Assembly (NCBI GenBank): GCA_041485725.1
Contig: JBGPKC010000001.1
Location: 12,408 to 76,407, forward strand
Source: Steroidobacteraceae bacterium
GTDB taxonomy: Bacteria > Pseudomonadota > Gammaproteobacteria > Steroidobacterales > Steroidobacteraceae
Reading direction: 5' to 3'
DNA: 64,000 nucleotides
The notes under the pieces are model-generated. The model was not told the DNA's origin, made no database searches, and saw nothing but the letters and a program-made list of their open reading frames with translations. Shown piece by piece: positions 24,878-36,683 of this stretch (positions are counted from its first letter, which is position 1; each line of letters begins with the position of its first letter). A program made the translations under genes and the position numbers.

Positions 24878-25750
24878 ATGGCCGAGCCCCTGCCCCTGTG
24901 CTACCTGAACGGCGCCTACCTGCCGCTCACCGAGGCGCGTATCTCCCCGCTCGATCGCGGGTTCCTGTATGCGGATGCCGTCTACGAGGTCATGCCGGTG
25001 TACGGCGGGCGCCCGTTCCGCTTCGCCGCCCACGGCGAGCGGCTCACGCGCAGCCTCGCCGGCATCAGCATGGCGGATCCGCACACGCGCGAGGAATGGC
25101 GCGCGATCCTCGGCACCCTCATCGAGCGCAACGGCGGCGGCGATCAGTATGTGTACTGGCAGGTGACGCGCGGCGCGCAGTCGGGCCGCACGCACGCACC
25201 GCTCCCACACATCCCACGCACCGTATTCGCGTTCTGCGCCCCCCTGCCGGTGACCGGCCCCGACGTCCTCGAACGCGGGGTCGCGTGCGTGACCGCGGCC
25301 GACAGCCGCTGGGCGCGCTGCGACATCAAGTCCACCGCGCTGCTGGCGAACGTGCTGCTGCGCCAGTTGTCCGTGGACGCGGCGGCCGCGGAGACCATCC
25401 TGCTGCGCGATGGGGAGCTGACCGAAGCCTCCGCTTCCGCCGTGCACGTGGTGCTCGGCGGGGAGCTGCTCATGCCGCCGCACTCGCGCCGCATCCTGCC
25501 CAGCACCACGCGCGGCGTGGTGGAAGAGATGGCGGCCCGCACCGCCATACACTGCCGGGTGGTGCCGATCAGCGAGACGCAGCTGCGCGCCGCGGACGAA
25601 GTGTGGATCTCGTCCGCCACCCGCGAGGTGCAGCCGGTGACCTCCCTCGACGGCCACCCCGTCGGCACGGGTAAGCCCGGACCGCACTGGCGGCGCGTGC
25701 ACGAGGAGCTGCAGCGCTACAAGCACGAGCTCGCGGGCACCCCGTGGTGA
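24878..25750 (+). CDS. dat: class IV (fold type IV) aminotransferase, D-amino-acid transaminase-like
   Basis: Contains DRGFLYADAVYEV, YWQVTRG and CDIKSTALL. It has the typical position after dacC. Confidence 0.75.
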   Translation: MAEPLPLCYLNGAYLPLTEARISPLDRGFLYADAVYEVMPVYGGRPFRFAAHGERLTRSLAGISMADPHTREEWRAILGTLIERNGGGDQYVYWQVTRGAQSGRTHAPLPHIPRTVFAFCAPLPVTGPDVLERGVACVTAADSRWARCDIKSTALLANVLLRQLSVDAAAAETILLRDGELTEASASAVHVVLGGELLMPPHSRRILPSTTRGVVEEMAARTAIHCRVVPISETQLRAADEVWISSATREVQPVTSLDGHPVGTGKPGPHWRRVHEELQRYKHELAGTPW

Positions 25751-25859
25751 TGCGGGTACTGATGCTGCGCTAGGACGGCGCGCGTATAACCTGTTTGTCA
25801 CCTGCCCGTTACCGGGTGGAAACTGACGACCCGGTCACGGCCCCGGTAGCATCGCCGCA

Positions 25860-27610
<1,751 letters not shown>

Positions 27611-27614
<4 letters not shown>

Positions 27615-28447
27615 GCTTCCGCCAGCCCAGCGTCCTGCCCGGTTTTGGGCTGACCTTCGGCTTCACCACGTTTTTCCTCAGCGCCATCGTGCTGCTGCCG
27701 CTGGCCGCGCTGGTGCTGGCCGCGGCCTCCATGCACTGGAGCGACTTCGTGCACGTGGTGCTCAGTCCGCGGGCGCTCGGCTCGTACCGCCTGTCCTTCG
27801 GCGCCTCCTTCCTGGCCGCAGCGATCAATCTGGTGTTCGGCTTCATCATCGCCTGGACCCTGGTGCGTTACGAGTTTCCGGGCAGAGGGCTCATCGACGC
27901 GCTCATCGATATGCCCTTCGCCCTGCCCACCGCGGTCTCGGGCATCGCGCTCACCACGGTGTTTGCGCACAACGGCTGGATCGGCCGCTACCTGGAGCCC
28001 TGGGGCGTGAAGGTCGCGTACACCTGGCTGGGCGTGACGCTCGCGCTGACACTGATCAGCATGCCGTTCGCGGTGCGCGCGGTGCAGCCGGCGCTGCTGG
28101 AGGTGCGGCGCGATCTCGAGGAGGCGGCGGAGACCCTCGGTGCGCACCGCTTGTACGTGTTCCGTCACATCATCCTGCCGACGGTGCTGCCGGCGCTGCT
28201 CACCGGCTTCACGCTGGCGTTCGCGCGCGCGCTCGGGGAGTACGGTTCGGTCATTTTCATCGCCGGCAACCTGCCGATGAAGACCGAGATCACCCCGCTC
28301 CTCATCGTCATCCATCTCGAGGAATTCGACTACCAGGGCGCCGCGGCCCTGGGACTGGTGATGCTCGGCATCTCGTTCGTCGTACTGCTCGCCATCAACC
28401 TGCTGCAGGCGTGGGGCCGCCGCCGGCACGTCAGGGCGGCTCACTGA
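27611..28447 (+). CDS. cysT: sulfate ABC transporter permease CysT
   Basis: Trimmed to MSFRQPSVLPGFGL (typical CysT N-terminus). Has the EAA loop EAAETLGA. The ATGA overlaps cysA. Confidence 0.9.
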
Positions 28448-29313
28448 TGGCCGCGGCACAGCCCGCCGCGCTCGCCGGCGACGCCCGGCGACCCGGACAG
28501 CACACCTGGCTGCACACCGTGGTGCGCTGGCTCTTTATCGCGGTGTCGCTGACGTTCCTGGCGGCGGTACTGCTCGCGCCGCTCGCGACCGTGTTCGCCA
28601 TGGCGCTCGCGAAGGGGTTGCAGGCCTACCTGCGCAGCTTCGCCGACCCGGACACCGCGGCTGCCATCCGCCTGACCCTCACCACGGCGCTGGTGGTGGT
28701 ACCGATCAACACGATGTTCGGGCTCGCCGCCGCCTGGGCGATCGCCAAGTTCGAGTTCCGCGGCAAGAGCATTCTCATCACGCTCATCGATCTGCCGCTG
28801 GCGATCTCGCCGGTGATCGCGGGCCTGGTCTTCGTGTTGCTGTTCGGCCTGCACGGCTGGTTCGGCGTGTGGCTGCGCGAGCACGACCTCAGCATCATCT
28901 TCGCGCTGCCGGGCATCATGCTGGCTACCATGTTCGTGACGTTTCCCTACGTGGCGCGCGAGCTGATCCCGCTCATGCAGCAGCTCGGGAACAACGAGGA
29001 AGAAGCCGCCATCACGCTCGGGGCCGGTGGCTGGATGACCTTCTTTCGCGTGACGCTGCCGAAGATCCGCTGGGGCCTGGTGTACGGAGTGGTGCTGTGC
29101 AACGCGCGCGCCATGGGCGAGTTCGGCGCGGTGTCGGTGGTGTCCGGACACATTCGCGGACTGACCAACACCATGCCGTTGCACATCGAGATCCTCTACA
29201 ACGAATATAACTTCGTAGGCGCGTTCGCCGTCGCCTCGCTCCTCACCCTGCTCGCGGCCGTGACGCTCGTGGTCAAGACCCTGGTCGAGCGCACCGGTTA
29301 CCGGCGGCGCTGA
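28447..29313 (+). CDS. cysW: sulfate ABC transporter permease CysW
   Basis: Trimmed to MAAAQPAAL (TGATG junction with cysT). Has the EAA loop EEAAITLGAGGW and the CysW-like tail HIEILYNEY. Confidence 0.9.
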   Translation: MAAAQPAALAGDARRPGQHTWLHTVVRWLFIAVSLTFLAAVLLAPLATVFAMALAKGLQAYLRSFADPDTAAAIRLTLTTALVVVPINTMFGLAAAWAIAKFEFRGKSILITLIDLPLAISPVIAGLVFVLLFGLHGWFGVWLREHDLSIIFALPGIMLATMFVTFPYVARELIPLMQQLGNNEEEAAITLGAGGWMTFFRVTLPKIRWGLVYGVVLCNARAMGEFGAVSVVSGHIRGLTNTMPLHIEILYNEYNFVGAFAVASLLTLLAAVTLVVKTLVERTGYRRR

Positions 29314-29318
29314 CGGCC

Positions 29319-31421
29319 ATGCGCGCGCGCCTCGCACACCTGTGGAGCACGCTGTGGCCGGACCCGGCGCGGACCAGCCTGGGCTGGTGGCTGGTGGCGA
29401 TCCACTTAGGGCTGGTGCTGCTGGTGGGCGGCGGAATTTCCTGGTACGCGAGCGGCATGCTGCACGACCTCGCGGATCAACAGGGCAAGGCGCGCGTGCA
29501 GCTCGCGGCGACCACCGCGCGCGAAGACCTGCGGCGCATGGGCGAGGACGCACTCGCCACGGCGCGCGCGCTCGCCGACAGTCCGACGCTGCAGCGCCTG
29601 ACGGCCGAAGGACAGAGCGAAGCGTTGCCGCCGTTCCTGCGTCGCTCGTGCGAGGCGGCTGGCGTGGACGCCTGCGCGGTGCTCTCCGGCAAGAGCGTGG
29701 TCGCCGTCTCAGGGCCGGCACTCGACTGGCAGAAGATTCTCACCGCGAGCGCCGAACAGACCGCGACCTTCATGGCGCTGCCGGCGACCGAGCGCGTACC
29801 GCTTCTCGGCGCCCGTGCCGCGCTCGGCGAGGCGGGCATGAGCGTGTACGTGGTGCGCCGCCTGGACCCGAAGTTGGCGCGCGCCCTGAGCGGGGAGGTG
29901 GGAGCGGAGATCAGGCTCATCGACTACCGCGCCTACAGCCGCGGCCCGCTGAGCGCGTTCACGCCGCTGTACTCCGCGGCGCTTGCCGACGGGCACTCCG
30001 CGGTGCAGCGCATCGACTCGCAGGATGTGTATGCGTGCGCGGTGCCGGTGTTCGCCTCCAGCGGCGAGGCGATCGCGCTCATCGAAGCGCTGCTGCCGAC
30101 CAGCGCGGTCGACGCGCCCACCCGTCACCTGGTGAGAAAGCTCCTGGTGACCGCGTTGATCCTCGGCGCGCTCGCGGTCTTCGCCGGCTTGATCCTGGGC
30201 GAGCTGGTCGCAGGCCCGGTGCGCGCGCTCACCGCCGCCGCCACTCGCCTCGGCGCGGGGGATTTCTCCGCCTCGATTCCGGCGGGCGGAGCCGCGGAGG
30301 TCGGTGCCCTGGCGCGCACCATGGAGACGATGCGCCGCAACCTCATCGATCTCACCAGCACGCTGCGGCGGCGCGAGGCCGAGGCACAGGCGGTACTCAG
30401 CGGCATCGTCGAAGGAGTGTACGCGGTCGACAAGAACCGCCTCATCCGTTACCTCAATCCGCAAGCCGCGCGGCTGCTGGGTGTGACGCCCGAGCAGGCG
30501 GTCGGCCGTTTCTGCGGCGACGTGCTGCAGCCGCGTAACGAAGACGGCCGGCGGCCCTGCGATTTCCGCTGCCCGATCGTGCAGGCGCGCAGCGCGGGCA
30601 GCGCCAAGGCCGTCGAGCACCTCGGTGCGGCGCCGGGCGAGCCGCGCACCGCGGTGATCACCAGCGCCGCGCAGGTCGATGGCCTGCAGGTACAGGTGAT
30701 CCGCGACGAGACCGAGCTCGAGGCGGTTCGCCGGGCCCGCGACTCGGTGCTCGCCAACATCTCGCACGAGTTCCGCACGCCGCTCGCCGCACAGCTGGCG
30801 TCGATCGAGCTGCTGCTCGCGGGTCTGGAGCACATGCCGGCGGCGCAGCAGAAGGAGCTGGTGACCTCATTGGAGCGTGGCACGCTGCGTCTGACACAGC
30901 TCATCGACAACCTGCTCGAGAGCGTACGCATCGAGTCCGGACAGCTCGCTATCCGCCGCCAGAGCGTGGCGCTCGCCGAGGTGGTGGAAGACGCGCGCGC
31001 CCTGGTGCGCTCGCTCCTGGCGCAGCGGCGCCAGACCCTTAACGTCACCCTGCCCGAGGATTTGCCGGTGGTGGCGGGCGACAAGCCGCGTCTCACCCAG
31101 GTGTTTGTCAACCTGCTCGCCAACGCCAACAAGTTCGCACCCGAGGACAGCACCGTGCGCATCGGCGCCGAGGCGCGCCCGGGACAGGTACTCGCATGGG
31201 TGGAGGATGAAGGCCCGGGACCCGCGGCGAGCGACGGTGAGGCGCTGTTCGCACGGTTCCAGCGCGGTAGCGGCGCGGAACCGGAGGCGGCGGGGCTCGG
31301 ACTGGGTCTGTGGCTCGTGAAGTCGATCATCGACCGGCATTCGGGCAGCGTCGCCTTCGAACGCACCGCCGCCGGCCGCACGCGCTTCACCCTGATCCTG
31401 CCGGCGGAGGACGGCGCATGA
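29319..31421 (+). CDS. sensor histidine kinase (2 TM, periplasmic domain of about 225 aa, HAMP, PAS, HisKA, HATPase)
   Basis: The TM segments are LGWWLVAIHLGLVLLVGG and LLVTALILGALAVFAGLIL. H-box ISHEFRTPL, N-box NLLANANKF and G-box GLGLGLWLV. It starts 5 nt after cysW. Confidence 0.9.
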   Translation: MRARLAHLWSTLWPDPARTSLGWWLVAIHLGLVLLVGGGISWYASGMLHDLADQQGKARVQLAATTAREDLRRMGEDALATARALADSPTLQRLTAEGQSEALPPFLRRSCEAAGVDACAVLSGKSVVAVSGPALDWQKILTASAEQTATFMALPATERVPLLGARAALGEAGMSVYVVRRLDPKLARALSGEVGAEIRLIDYRAYSRGPLSAFTPLYSAALADGHSAVQRIDSQDVYACAVPVFASSGEAIALIEALLPTSAVDAPTRHLVRKLLVTALILGALAVFAGLILGELVAGPVRALTAAATRLGAGDFSASIPAGGAAEVGALARTMETMRRNLIDLTSTLRRREAEAQAVLSGIVEGVYAVDKNRLIRYLNPQAARLLGVTPEQAVGRFCGDVLQPRNEDGRRPCDFRCPIVQARSAGSAKAVEHLGAAPGEPRTAVITSAAQVDGLQVQVIRDETELEAVRRARDSVLANISHEFRTPLAAQLASIELLLAGLEHMPAAQQKELVTSLERGTLRLTQLIDNLLESVRIESGQLAIRRQSVALAEVVEDARALVRSLLAQRRQTLNVTLPEDLPVVAGDKPRLTQVFVNLLANANKFAPEDSTVRIGAEARPGQVLAWVEDEGPGPAASDGEALFARFQRGSGAEPEAAGLGLGLWLVKSIIDRHSGSVAFERTAAGRTRFTLILPAEDGA

Positions 31422-32089
31422 AAGTGCTGGTGGCGGACGACGACGCGGATCTGCGCGAGCTCATTGCCTTCACGCTGACGCAATCGGGGTATCTGGTGGT
31501 CAAGGCGGGCGATGGACCCTCCGCGGTGGGTCGCTTCGAGGAGGAATCCCCGGACCTCGTGGTGCTCGACATCAACATGCCGGGCTTGAGCGGTTTCCAG
31601 GTCTGCGAGGCGATCCGCAAGCGCTCGCGGATCCCGGTGATGATGCTGACCGTGCGCGGCGAGGAAGAGGATCTGGTGCGCGCGCTCGGGCTCGGCGCCG
31701 ATGACTATCTCACCAAGCCGTTCAGCCCGCGCACGCTGCTGGCGCGTATCAAGGCGCTGCTGCGCCGGGCGGGAATGGAAAACACCACCCCGCTGGCTGC
31801 CGGGCGCGTGACACTCGACCTCGCCGAGCACACCGTGCGGATCGGAGCGGGCGAGCCGGTGCGGCTGACGAAGCTCGAGCTGCGGCTGCTGCAGATGCTG
31901 CTGGCGAATTCCGGCCACACGGTGAGCTCTGATCGGCTGCTCGTGCAGGTGTGGGGACATCGCAGCGGCGGTGACCGGCAGCTCCTGAAGCAGCTGGTGC
32001 ACCGGCTGCGGCAGAAGATCGAAGCGGATCCGGCGGCGCCCGCGCTGCTGCGCACCGCCGCGGCGGGCTACAAGCTGCTGGTCGAATGA
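31418..32089 (+). CDS. OmpR/PhoB-family response regulator
   Basis: Trimmed to MKVLVADDDADL, with the ATGA overlapping the kinase stop. Has the receiver motifs DLVVLDINMPG and KPF, and a winged-helix output domain (LTKLELRLLQML...GYKLL). Confidence 0.92.
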   Translation: MKVLVADDDADLRELIAFTLTQSGYLVVKAGDGPSAVGRFEEESPDLVVLDINMPGLSGFQVCEAIRKRSRIPVMMLTVRGEEEDLVRALGLGADDYLTKPFSPRTLLARIKALLRRAGMENTTPLAAGRVTLDLAEHTVRIGAGEPVRLTKLELRLLQMLLANSGHTVSSDRLLVQVWGHRSGGDRQLLKQLVHRLRQKIEADPAAPALLRTAAAGYKLLVE

Positions 32090-32121
32090 CGCGGCCCACG
32101 GGCCCTGCGGCGTTACTCGCC

Positions 32122-33159
32122 CTAACGCGCCGAGATCTGATCGAACACGCCGCCGTCGCTGAAGTGCGTGCGCTGCGCCTGGGCCCAGCCGCCGAAGTCG
32201 GTGATGGTGAGCAGCTTCAATTGCGGGAAGCGCCCCGCATAGCGCGCGGCGATCTCCGCATCGCGCGGCCGGTAGCCATGCCGTGCGATGATCTCCTGCC
32301 CTTCCTTGCTGTATAGATACCCGAGGTACGCCATCGCCACCTCGCGCGTGCCGCGCCGCAAGGCCACCTTGTCGACCACCGCCACCGGCGGCTCGGCGAG
32401 AATGCTCACCGAGGGCACCACGATCTCAAGCTGGTCCGCGCCGAGCTCGCGCACCGCGAGCAGCGCCTCGCTCTCCCAGGCCACCAGCACATCCCCGAGT
32501 CCGCGCTGCACGAACGTGGTCGTCGAGCCGCGAGCGCCGGTGTCGAGCACCGGCACGTTCCGGTAGAGCCGGCGCACGAACTCGCGCGCGCTCGCCTCGT
32601 CGCCCCGCGGCTGCGTGCGGGCCCAGGCCCAGGCGGCCAGATAGTTCCAGCGTGCGCCGCCCGAGGTCTTGGGGTTGGGCGTGATCACCGCCACGTCGGG
32701 CCGCACGAGATCGCCCCAGTCGTGAATCGCTTTGGGGTTGCCCTTGCGCACCAGCAAGACGATGGTGGAGGTATAGGGCGAGCTGTCGTCCGGCAACAGG
32801 GTCTGCCAGTTCAGCGGCAACAGCTTCGCGGTAGTGGCGATCGCGTCGATGTCGGCTGCCAGTGCCAGGGTCACCACATCCGCGGCAAGCCCGTCGATCA
32901 CCGAGCGCGCCTGCTTGCCCGAGCCGCCGTGTGACTGATCAACACGCAGGCCCTGGCCGGTCTTCGCCTTCCAGTACCTGGCAAAGGCGGCGTTGAAATC
33001 CACGTACAGCTCGCGCGTGGGGTCGTAGGAGACATTCAGCAGCGTCACGCGAGTCGCATTCGACTCAGACTGACCCTGGCAGGACGCGAGCAGGACAGCG
33101 AGAGCGCAGAGCGCGACAGCCGCCGCCGCGCTTCGCAGACAGTAGGCTGATGCCATCAC
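32122..33159 (-). CDS. sbp: sulfate/thiosulfate ABC transporter periplasmic binding protein
   Basis: The similarity to Sbp/CysP is obvious along its length: [43 protein letters not shown] and WESEALL. A signal peptide is present. Confidence 0.93.
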   Translation of the reverse strand: MMASAYCLRSAAAAVALCALAVLLASCQGQSESNATRVTLLNVSYDPTRELYVDFNAAFARYWKAKTGQGLRVDQSHGGSGKQARSVIDGLAADVVTLALAADIDAIATTAKLLPLNWQTLLPDDSSPYTSTIVLLVRKGNPKAIHDWGDLVRPDVAVITPNPKTSGGARWNYLAAWAWARTQPRGDEASAREFVRRLYRNVPVLDTGARGSTTTFVQRGLGDVLVAWESEALLAVRELGADQLEIVVPSVSILAEPPVAVVDKVALRRGTREVAMAYLGYLYSKEGQEIIARHGYRPRDAEIAARYAGRFPQLKLLTITDFGGWAQAQRTHFSDGGVFDQISAR

Positions 33160-33202
33160 CGCATGCTAGCCGCGCGGCGAGGCGATGTCAGTCGCAAGGC
33201 GG

Positions 33203-33892
33203 TTACGGTGGGGTGACGACGCGGTAGCCGAGCGCCCGCAGCAGGTGCGGCTCGAGCGAACGCGCGCAGGCGCTGACGGTGCGAGGTCCGCCGAGCTCCG
33301 CCAGCCGCGTCATCTGCAGGCCCTGATAGCCGCAGGGATTGATGCGGCGGAAGGGTTCCAGATCAAGGGCCACGTTCACGGCGAGGCCGTGATAGCTGCC
33401 GCCCCGGCGCACGCGCACCCCGACGCTCGCGAGCTTGCGGCCGTCGACGTACACACCGGGGGCGCTGCGCCGGCCCTCGGCGCTGATGCCAAACTGCGCT
33501 GCCAGATCGATGACGCCGCGCTCCAGCGCCGTGACGAAATCACGGATCGCAAGACCCGCGCGCCTGAGATCCACCAGCGGATACACCACCAGCTGTCCCG
33601 GGCCGTGATAGGTCACCTGGCCGCCGCGGTCGACGTGCACCACCGGGATATCGCCGGGCGCCAACAGGTGCGCGCGGCTCGCGTTCACGCCTAAGGTGAA
33701 GACCGGCGGGTGCTCGAGAAACCAGATCTCATCCGGGGTCGCCGCGGCGCGCTCTTCGGTGAAGCGCTGCATCGCGCGCCAGGTGGGCTCGTACTCAACC
33801 AGTCCCAGGCGCCGGATCACGGGTGCGGGCACGGCGGCGTCCGCCGCAGGCGCGCGCGGCGTGCACACAGCAGCCGTGCCGCCCAGGCTCAT
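33203..33892 (-). CDS. lipB: octanoyltransferase (lipoyl(octanoyl) transferase)
   Basis: Trimmed to the ATG at 33892, which overlaps the lipA stop. Motifs are [29 protein letters not shown] and NPCG. Confidence 0.9.
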   Translation of the reverse strand: MSLGGTAAVCTPRAPAADAAVPAPVIRRLGLVEYEPTWRAMQRFTEERAAATPDEIWFLEHPPVFTLGVNASRAHLLAPGDIPVVHVDRGGQVTYHGPGQLVVYPLVDLRRAGLAIRDFVTALERGVIDLAAQFGISAEGRRSAPGVYVDGRKLASVGVRVRRGGSYHGLAVNVALDLEPFRRINPCGYQGLQMTRLAELGGPRTVSACARSLEPHLLRALGYRVVTPP

Positions 33893-34911
33893 GTCGCCAG
33901 GCGCCGGTTGTCGAGGCCGGCGTTGTTGCGGTTCAGGGCCTGCTCCGCGCGGTAGCTCGAGCGCACCAGAGGTCCCGACACGCATTCGAGGAAACCACGC
34001 GCCAGCGCCAGCTCGCGATAGCGATCGAACTCCTCCGGTCTCACGAAGCGCTGCACCGCAAGGTGATTCACGGTCGGGCGCAGGTACTGCCCGAGGGTCA
34101 CGATGTCGACGCCGGCAGCGCGCAGATCCGCCAGCGTCGCGTCGATCTCCTCGTCACTTTCCCCGAGCCCCAGCATGAGACTGCTCTTGGTCAGAACCGA
34201 AGGCCGGCGCCGCTTGGCGGCCTCCAGGACCTGCAGGGTCTGTTGGTAGCCGGCGCGCGGATCGCGCACCGGATGCGTCAGGCGCCGCACGGTCTCGATG
34301 TTCTGCGCAAACACCTCGATTCCGGAGTCGACCACCGTCTCGACATCCGCCCGCACTCCCTGGAAGTCCGGCGTCAGCGCCTCCACCGCCGTGTGCGGGT
34401 TGCGGCGCTTGATGGCGCGTACGCAGGCGGCGTAGTGCGCCGCCCCACCGTCGGGGAGGTCGTCGCGATCGACCGAGGTGAGCACCACGTAGCTGAGCCT
34501 CATCAGCTCGACGGTGCGCGCGGCGTTCTCGGGCTCGTCCGCGTCGAGCCAGCCGTGCGGGTTGCCCGTGTCCACTGAACAGAACCGACACGCACGCGTA
34601 CACACCGCGCCCATCAGCATGATGGTCGCGGTGCCCGCGTTCCAGCACTCACCGATGTTGGGACACTTGGCTTCCTCACAAACCGTGGCGAGGCGGTGCT
34701 CCCGGACGAGGGTCCGCACGCTCTGGAAGCCGGCTCCCGTGGGCGCCTTCGCCTTGAGCCACGGCGGCTTGGCGCTGCTGGCGCGCTCGCTGCCGGCGCC
34801 GCGCTTGATGCCGTCACGGATGGCGGTAAACCCTTGAGTCGTCAGGTATTTGTCGCCGCTTCGGGCGCGCGCGACCTCCGCCACCACCGGGATGCCCTTC
34901 AGATCCGACAT
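33889..34911 (-). CDS. lipA: lipoyl synthase
   Basis: Trimmed to MSDLKGIPV. Has [13 protein letters not shown] and the radical-SAM motif [10 protein letters not shown]. Confidence 0.95.
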   Translation of the reverse strand: MSDLKGIPVVAEVARARSGDKYLTTQGFTAIRDGIKRGAGSERASSAKPPWLKAKAPTGAGFQSVRTLVREHRLATVCEEAKCPNIGECWNAGTATIMLMGAVCTRACRFCSVDTGNPHGWLDADEPENAARTVELMRLSYVVLTSVDRDDLPDGGAAHYAACVRAIKRRNPHTAVEALTPDFQGVRADVETVVDSGIEVFAQNIETVRRLTHPVRDPRAGYQQTLQVLEAAKRRRPSVLTKSSLMLGLGESDEEIDATLADLRAAGVDIVTLGQYLRPTVNHLAVQRFVRPEEFDRYRELALARGFLECVSGPLVRSSYRAEQALNRNNAGLDNRRLAT

Positions 34912-34915
34912 AGGG

Positions 34916-35584
34916 TCATTGTAGCGCACGCACCCGCGCATCCAGGCTCGCCAGACGCTCCACCGTGCCCACATCGCACCACTCGCCGCGATGCACCCGG
35001 CCGCGCACCAGGGCGGCCGCGATGGCGCGATTCAGCAGCGGCAGGAGCGGAAAGCCTCCGGGGGTGCAGCCGCCGAAGAACTCCGGCCGGTACACGCCGA
35101 CCCCGGAGTAGGTGTAACGATCGGTGTCGCGAGTCACCACGAGATCACCCTCGAGCCCGAAGTCGCCGCGCGGGTGGTGCGGCGGGTTGGGGATCAGCAC
35201 CAGGCGGGCGTGCGCACCCTCCTCGAGCGCCAGGGCTGCAAAGTCAATGTCGGTCCAGATATCGGCGTTGACGACCAGGAACGGCCCGGGTCCGAGCAGC
35301 GGCACGGCCCTGAAGATACCGCCGCCGGTTTCCAGCGGCACCGGGCCTTCATCGCTGTAGGTAATCAACACACCATAGTCGCGACCGTCGCCGAGCGTCG
35401 CGCGCACCTGAGCCCCCAGCCACGAGAGGTTGATGACCACCTCGCGGATGCCGGCGCGCGCCAGTGCCGCGAGGTGCCAGGCAATGAGCGGCCTGCCGCC
35501 CACCCGCACCAGGGGCTTCGGCGTCGAATCGGTGATCGGTCGCATGCGCTCGCCGCGGCCGGCCGCCAGCAGCATCGCCTTCAT
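34916..35584 (-). CDS. murU: N-acetylmuramate alpha-1-phosphate uridylyltransferase
   Basis: Trimmed to [25 protein letters not shown] (nucleotidyltransferase G-loop). It is 222 aa and immediately follows amgK with an ATGA overlap. Confidence 0.8.
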   Translation of the reverse strand: MKAMLLAAGRGERMRPITDSTPKPLVRVGGRPLIAWHLAALARAGIREVVINLSWLGAQVRATLGDGRDYGVLITYSDEGPVPLETGGGIFRAVPLLGPGPFLVVNADIWTDIDFAALALEEGAHARLVLIPNPPHHPRGDFGLEGDLVVTRDTDRYTYSGVGVYRPEFFGGCTPGGFPLLPLLNRAIAAALVRGRVHRGEWCDVGTVERLASLDARVRALQ

Positions 35585-36636
35585 GCGTGCCCGTCCGCCG
35601 CGCGCGCGAGATCGGCTGCGACCTGCGCGTTGGCGCGCGACAGCTGCGCCACGACGCGCTGCTCGAGGAAAGAGCCAAGCGCGGTGAGCTCGCCGTAGCG
35701 CGCACAGGTGTCGCGCACATAGTCGAGCGTGCGCGGCAGGTCGGGCAGATAGCCGGGCTTGCCGTCGCGGTACCACAGACGACAGAAGATCCCGAGCACC
35801 TTGATGTGCCGCTGCACGCCGATGAGATCGAACCAGCGCAGGAACTGCGCCTCGCCTGCCCCGGCATCGCCGCCCTGGGCGCGCAGCTGCGCGCGATGGC
35901 CGCTCACCCAGCGCACTACGCGCTCGCGCGGCCAGGCGATGTAACAGTCCTTCAGGAGCGACGCCAGATCGTAAGCCACCGGCCCGCGCAGCGCGTCCTG
36001 GAAGTCGAGAATCCCCGGATTGCGCTCCCTGACCACCATGAGATTGCGCGCGTGATAGTCGCGGTGCACGAACACCACCGGCTGCGCGAGCGCTTCCTGG
36101 ATGAGGAACTCGAACGCGGCGCCCAGCAGCTGCGCTTCATCGGCTGACGGCGTCAGCGACAGGTGCCGGGCAAGAAACCACTCGGGCATGAGCGCCATCT
36201 CGCGCGCCAGCTCGGCGCGGCCGTACGGGGCGAGCTGCGCGCACGCCTCGCGGCCGCGCACCTGGATGACCGCGAGCACGCGCAGCGCATCTGCGTACAG
36301 CGGCTCGGGATCGTCCCCGGCGTCGAGCCGCTCGAGATACAGCGTCGCGCCCAGATCCTCCAGCAACAGCAAGCCGCGCTGCGCGTCGCTCTCATGCACG
36401 TGAGGAACATGCGCCCCCAGGGACTCGAGCAGTTGCGACACTTTCAGATACGGACGCACGTCCTCCTTGCCCGGAGGAGCATCCATCACGACATACGTGC
36501 CGGCAGTGCAGAACACGCGGAAGTAGCGTCGAAAGCTCGCGTCACTGGATGCGGGCTCGATGCGCAGCACCGGCAGGCGAAGATCGCGCGCCAACCAATC
36601 CCTAATCAGCGCAACTCGCGCGTCGGTCTCAAGCAT
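35581..36636 (-). CDS. amgK: anomeric MurNAc/GlcNAc kinase (aminoglycoside-phosphotransferase fold)
   Basis: Contains SDASFRRYFRV, FVHRDYHARNLMV and ILDFQDA. It is divergent from lptD, as I recall the arrangement in Pseudomonas. Confidence 0.8.
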   Translation of the reverse strand: MLETDARVALIRDWLARDLRLPVLRIEPASSDASFRRYFRVFCTAGTYVVMDAPPGKEDVRPYLKVSQLLESLGAHVPHVHESDAQRGLLLLEDLGATLYLERLDAGDDPEPLYADALRVLAVIQVRGREACAQLAPYGRAELAREMALMPEWFLARHLSLTPSADEAQLLGAAFEFLIQEALAQPVVFVHRDYHARNLMVVRERNPGILDFQDALRGPVAYDLASLLKDCYIAWPRERVVRWVSGHRAQLRAQGGDAGAGEAQFLRWFDLIGVQRHIKVLGIFCRLWYRDGKPGYLPDLPRTLDYVRDTCARYGELTALGSFLEQRVVAQLSRANAQVAADLARAADGHA

Positions 36637-36683
36637 GTGAAGCGTCGGGGTTTCGGGGCGCCTGGGCGTGGCGCGCCATTATA

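Noticed and set aside
25811-25835. Hairpin ACCGGGT-N11-ACCCGGT between dat and cysA
   Set aside because: The stem is only 7 bp with a large loop and no U-tract, so I cannot tell it apart from chance structure. It was noted only as a possible weak dat terminator.
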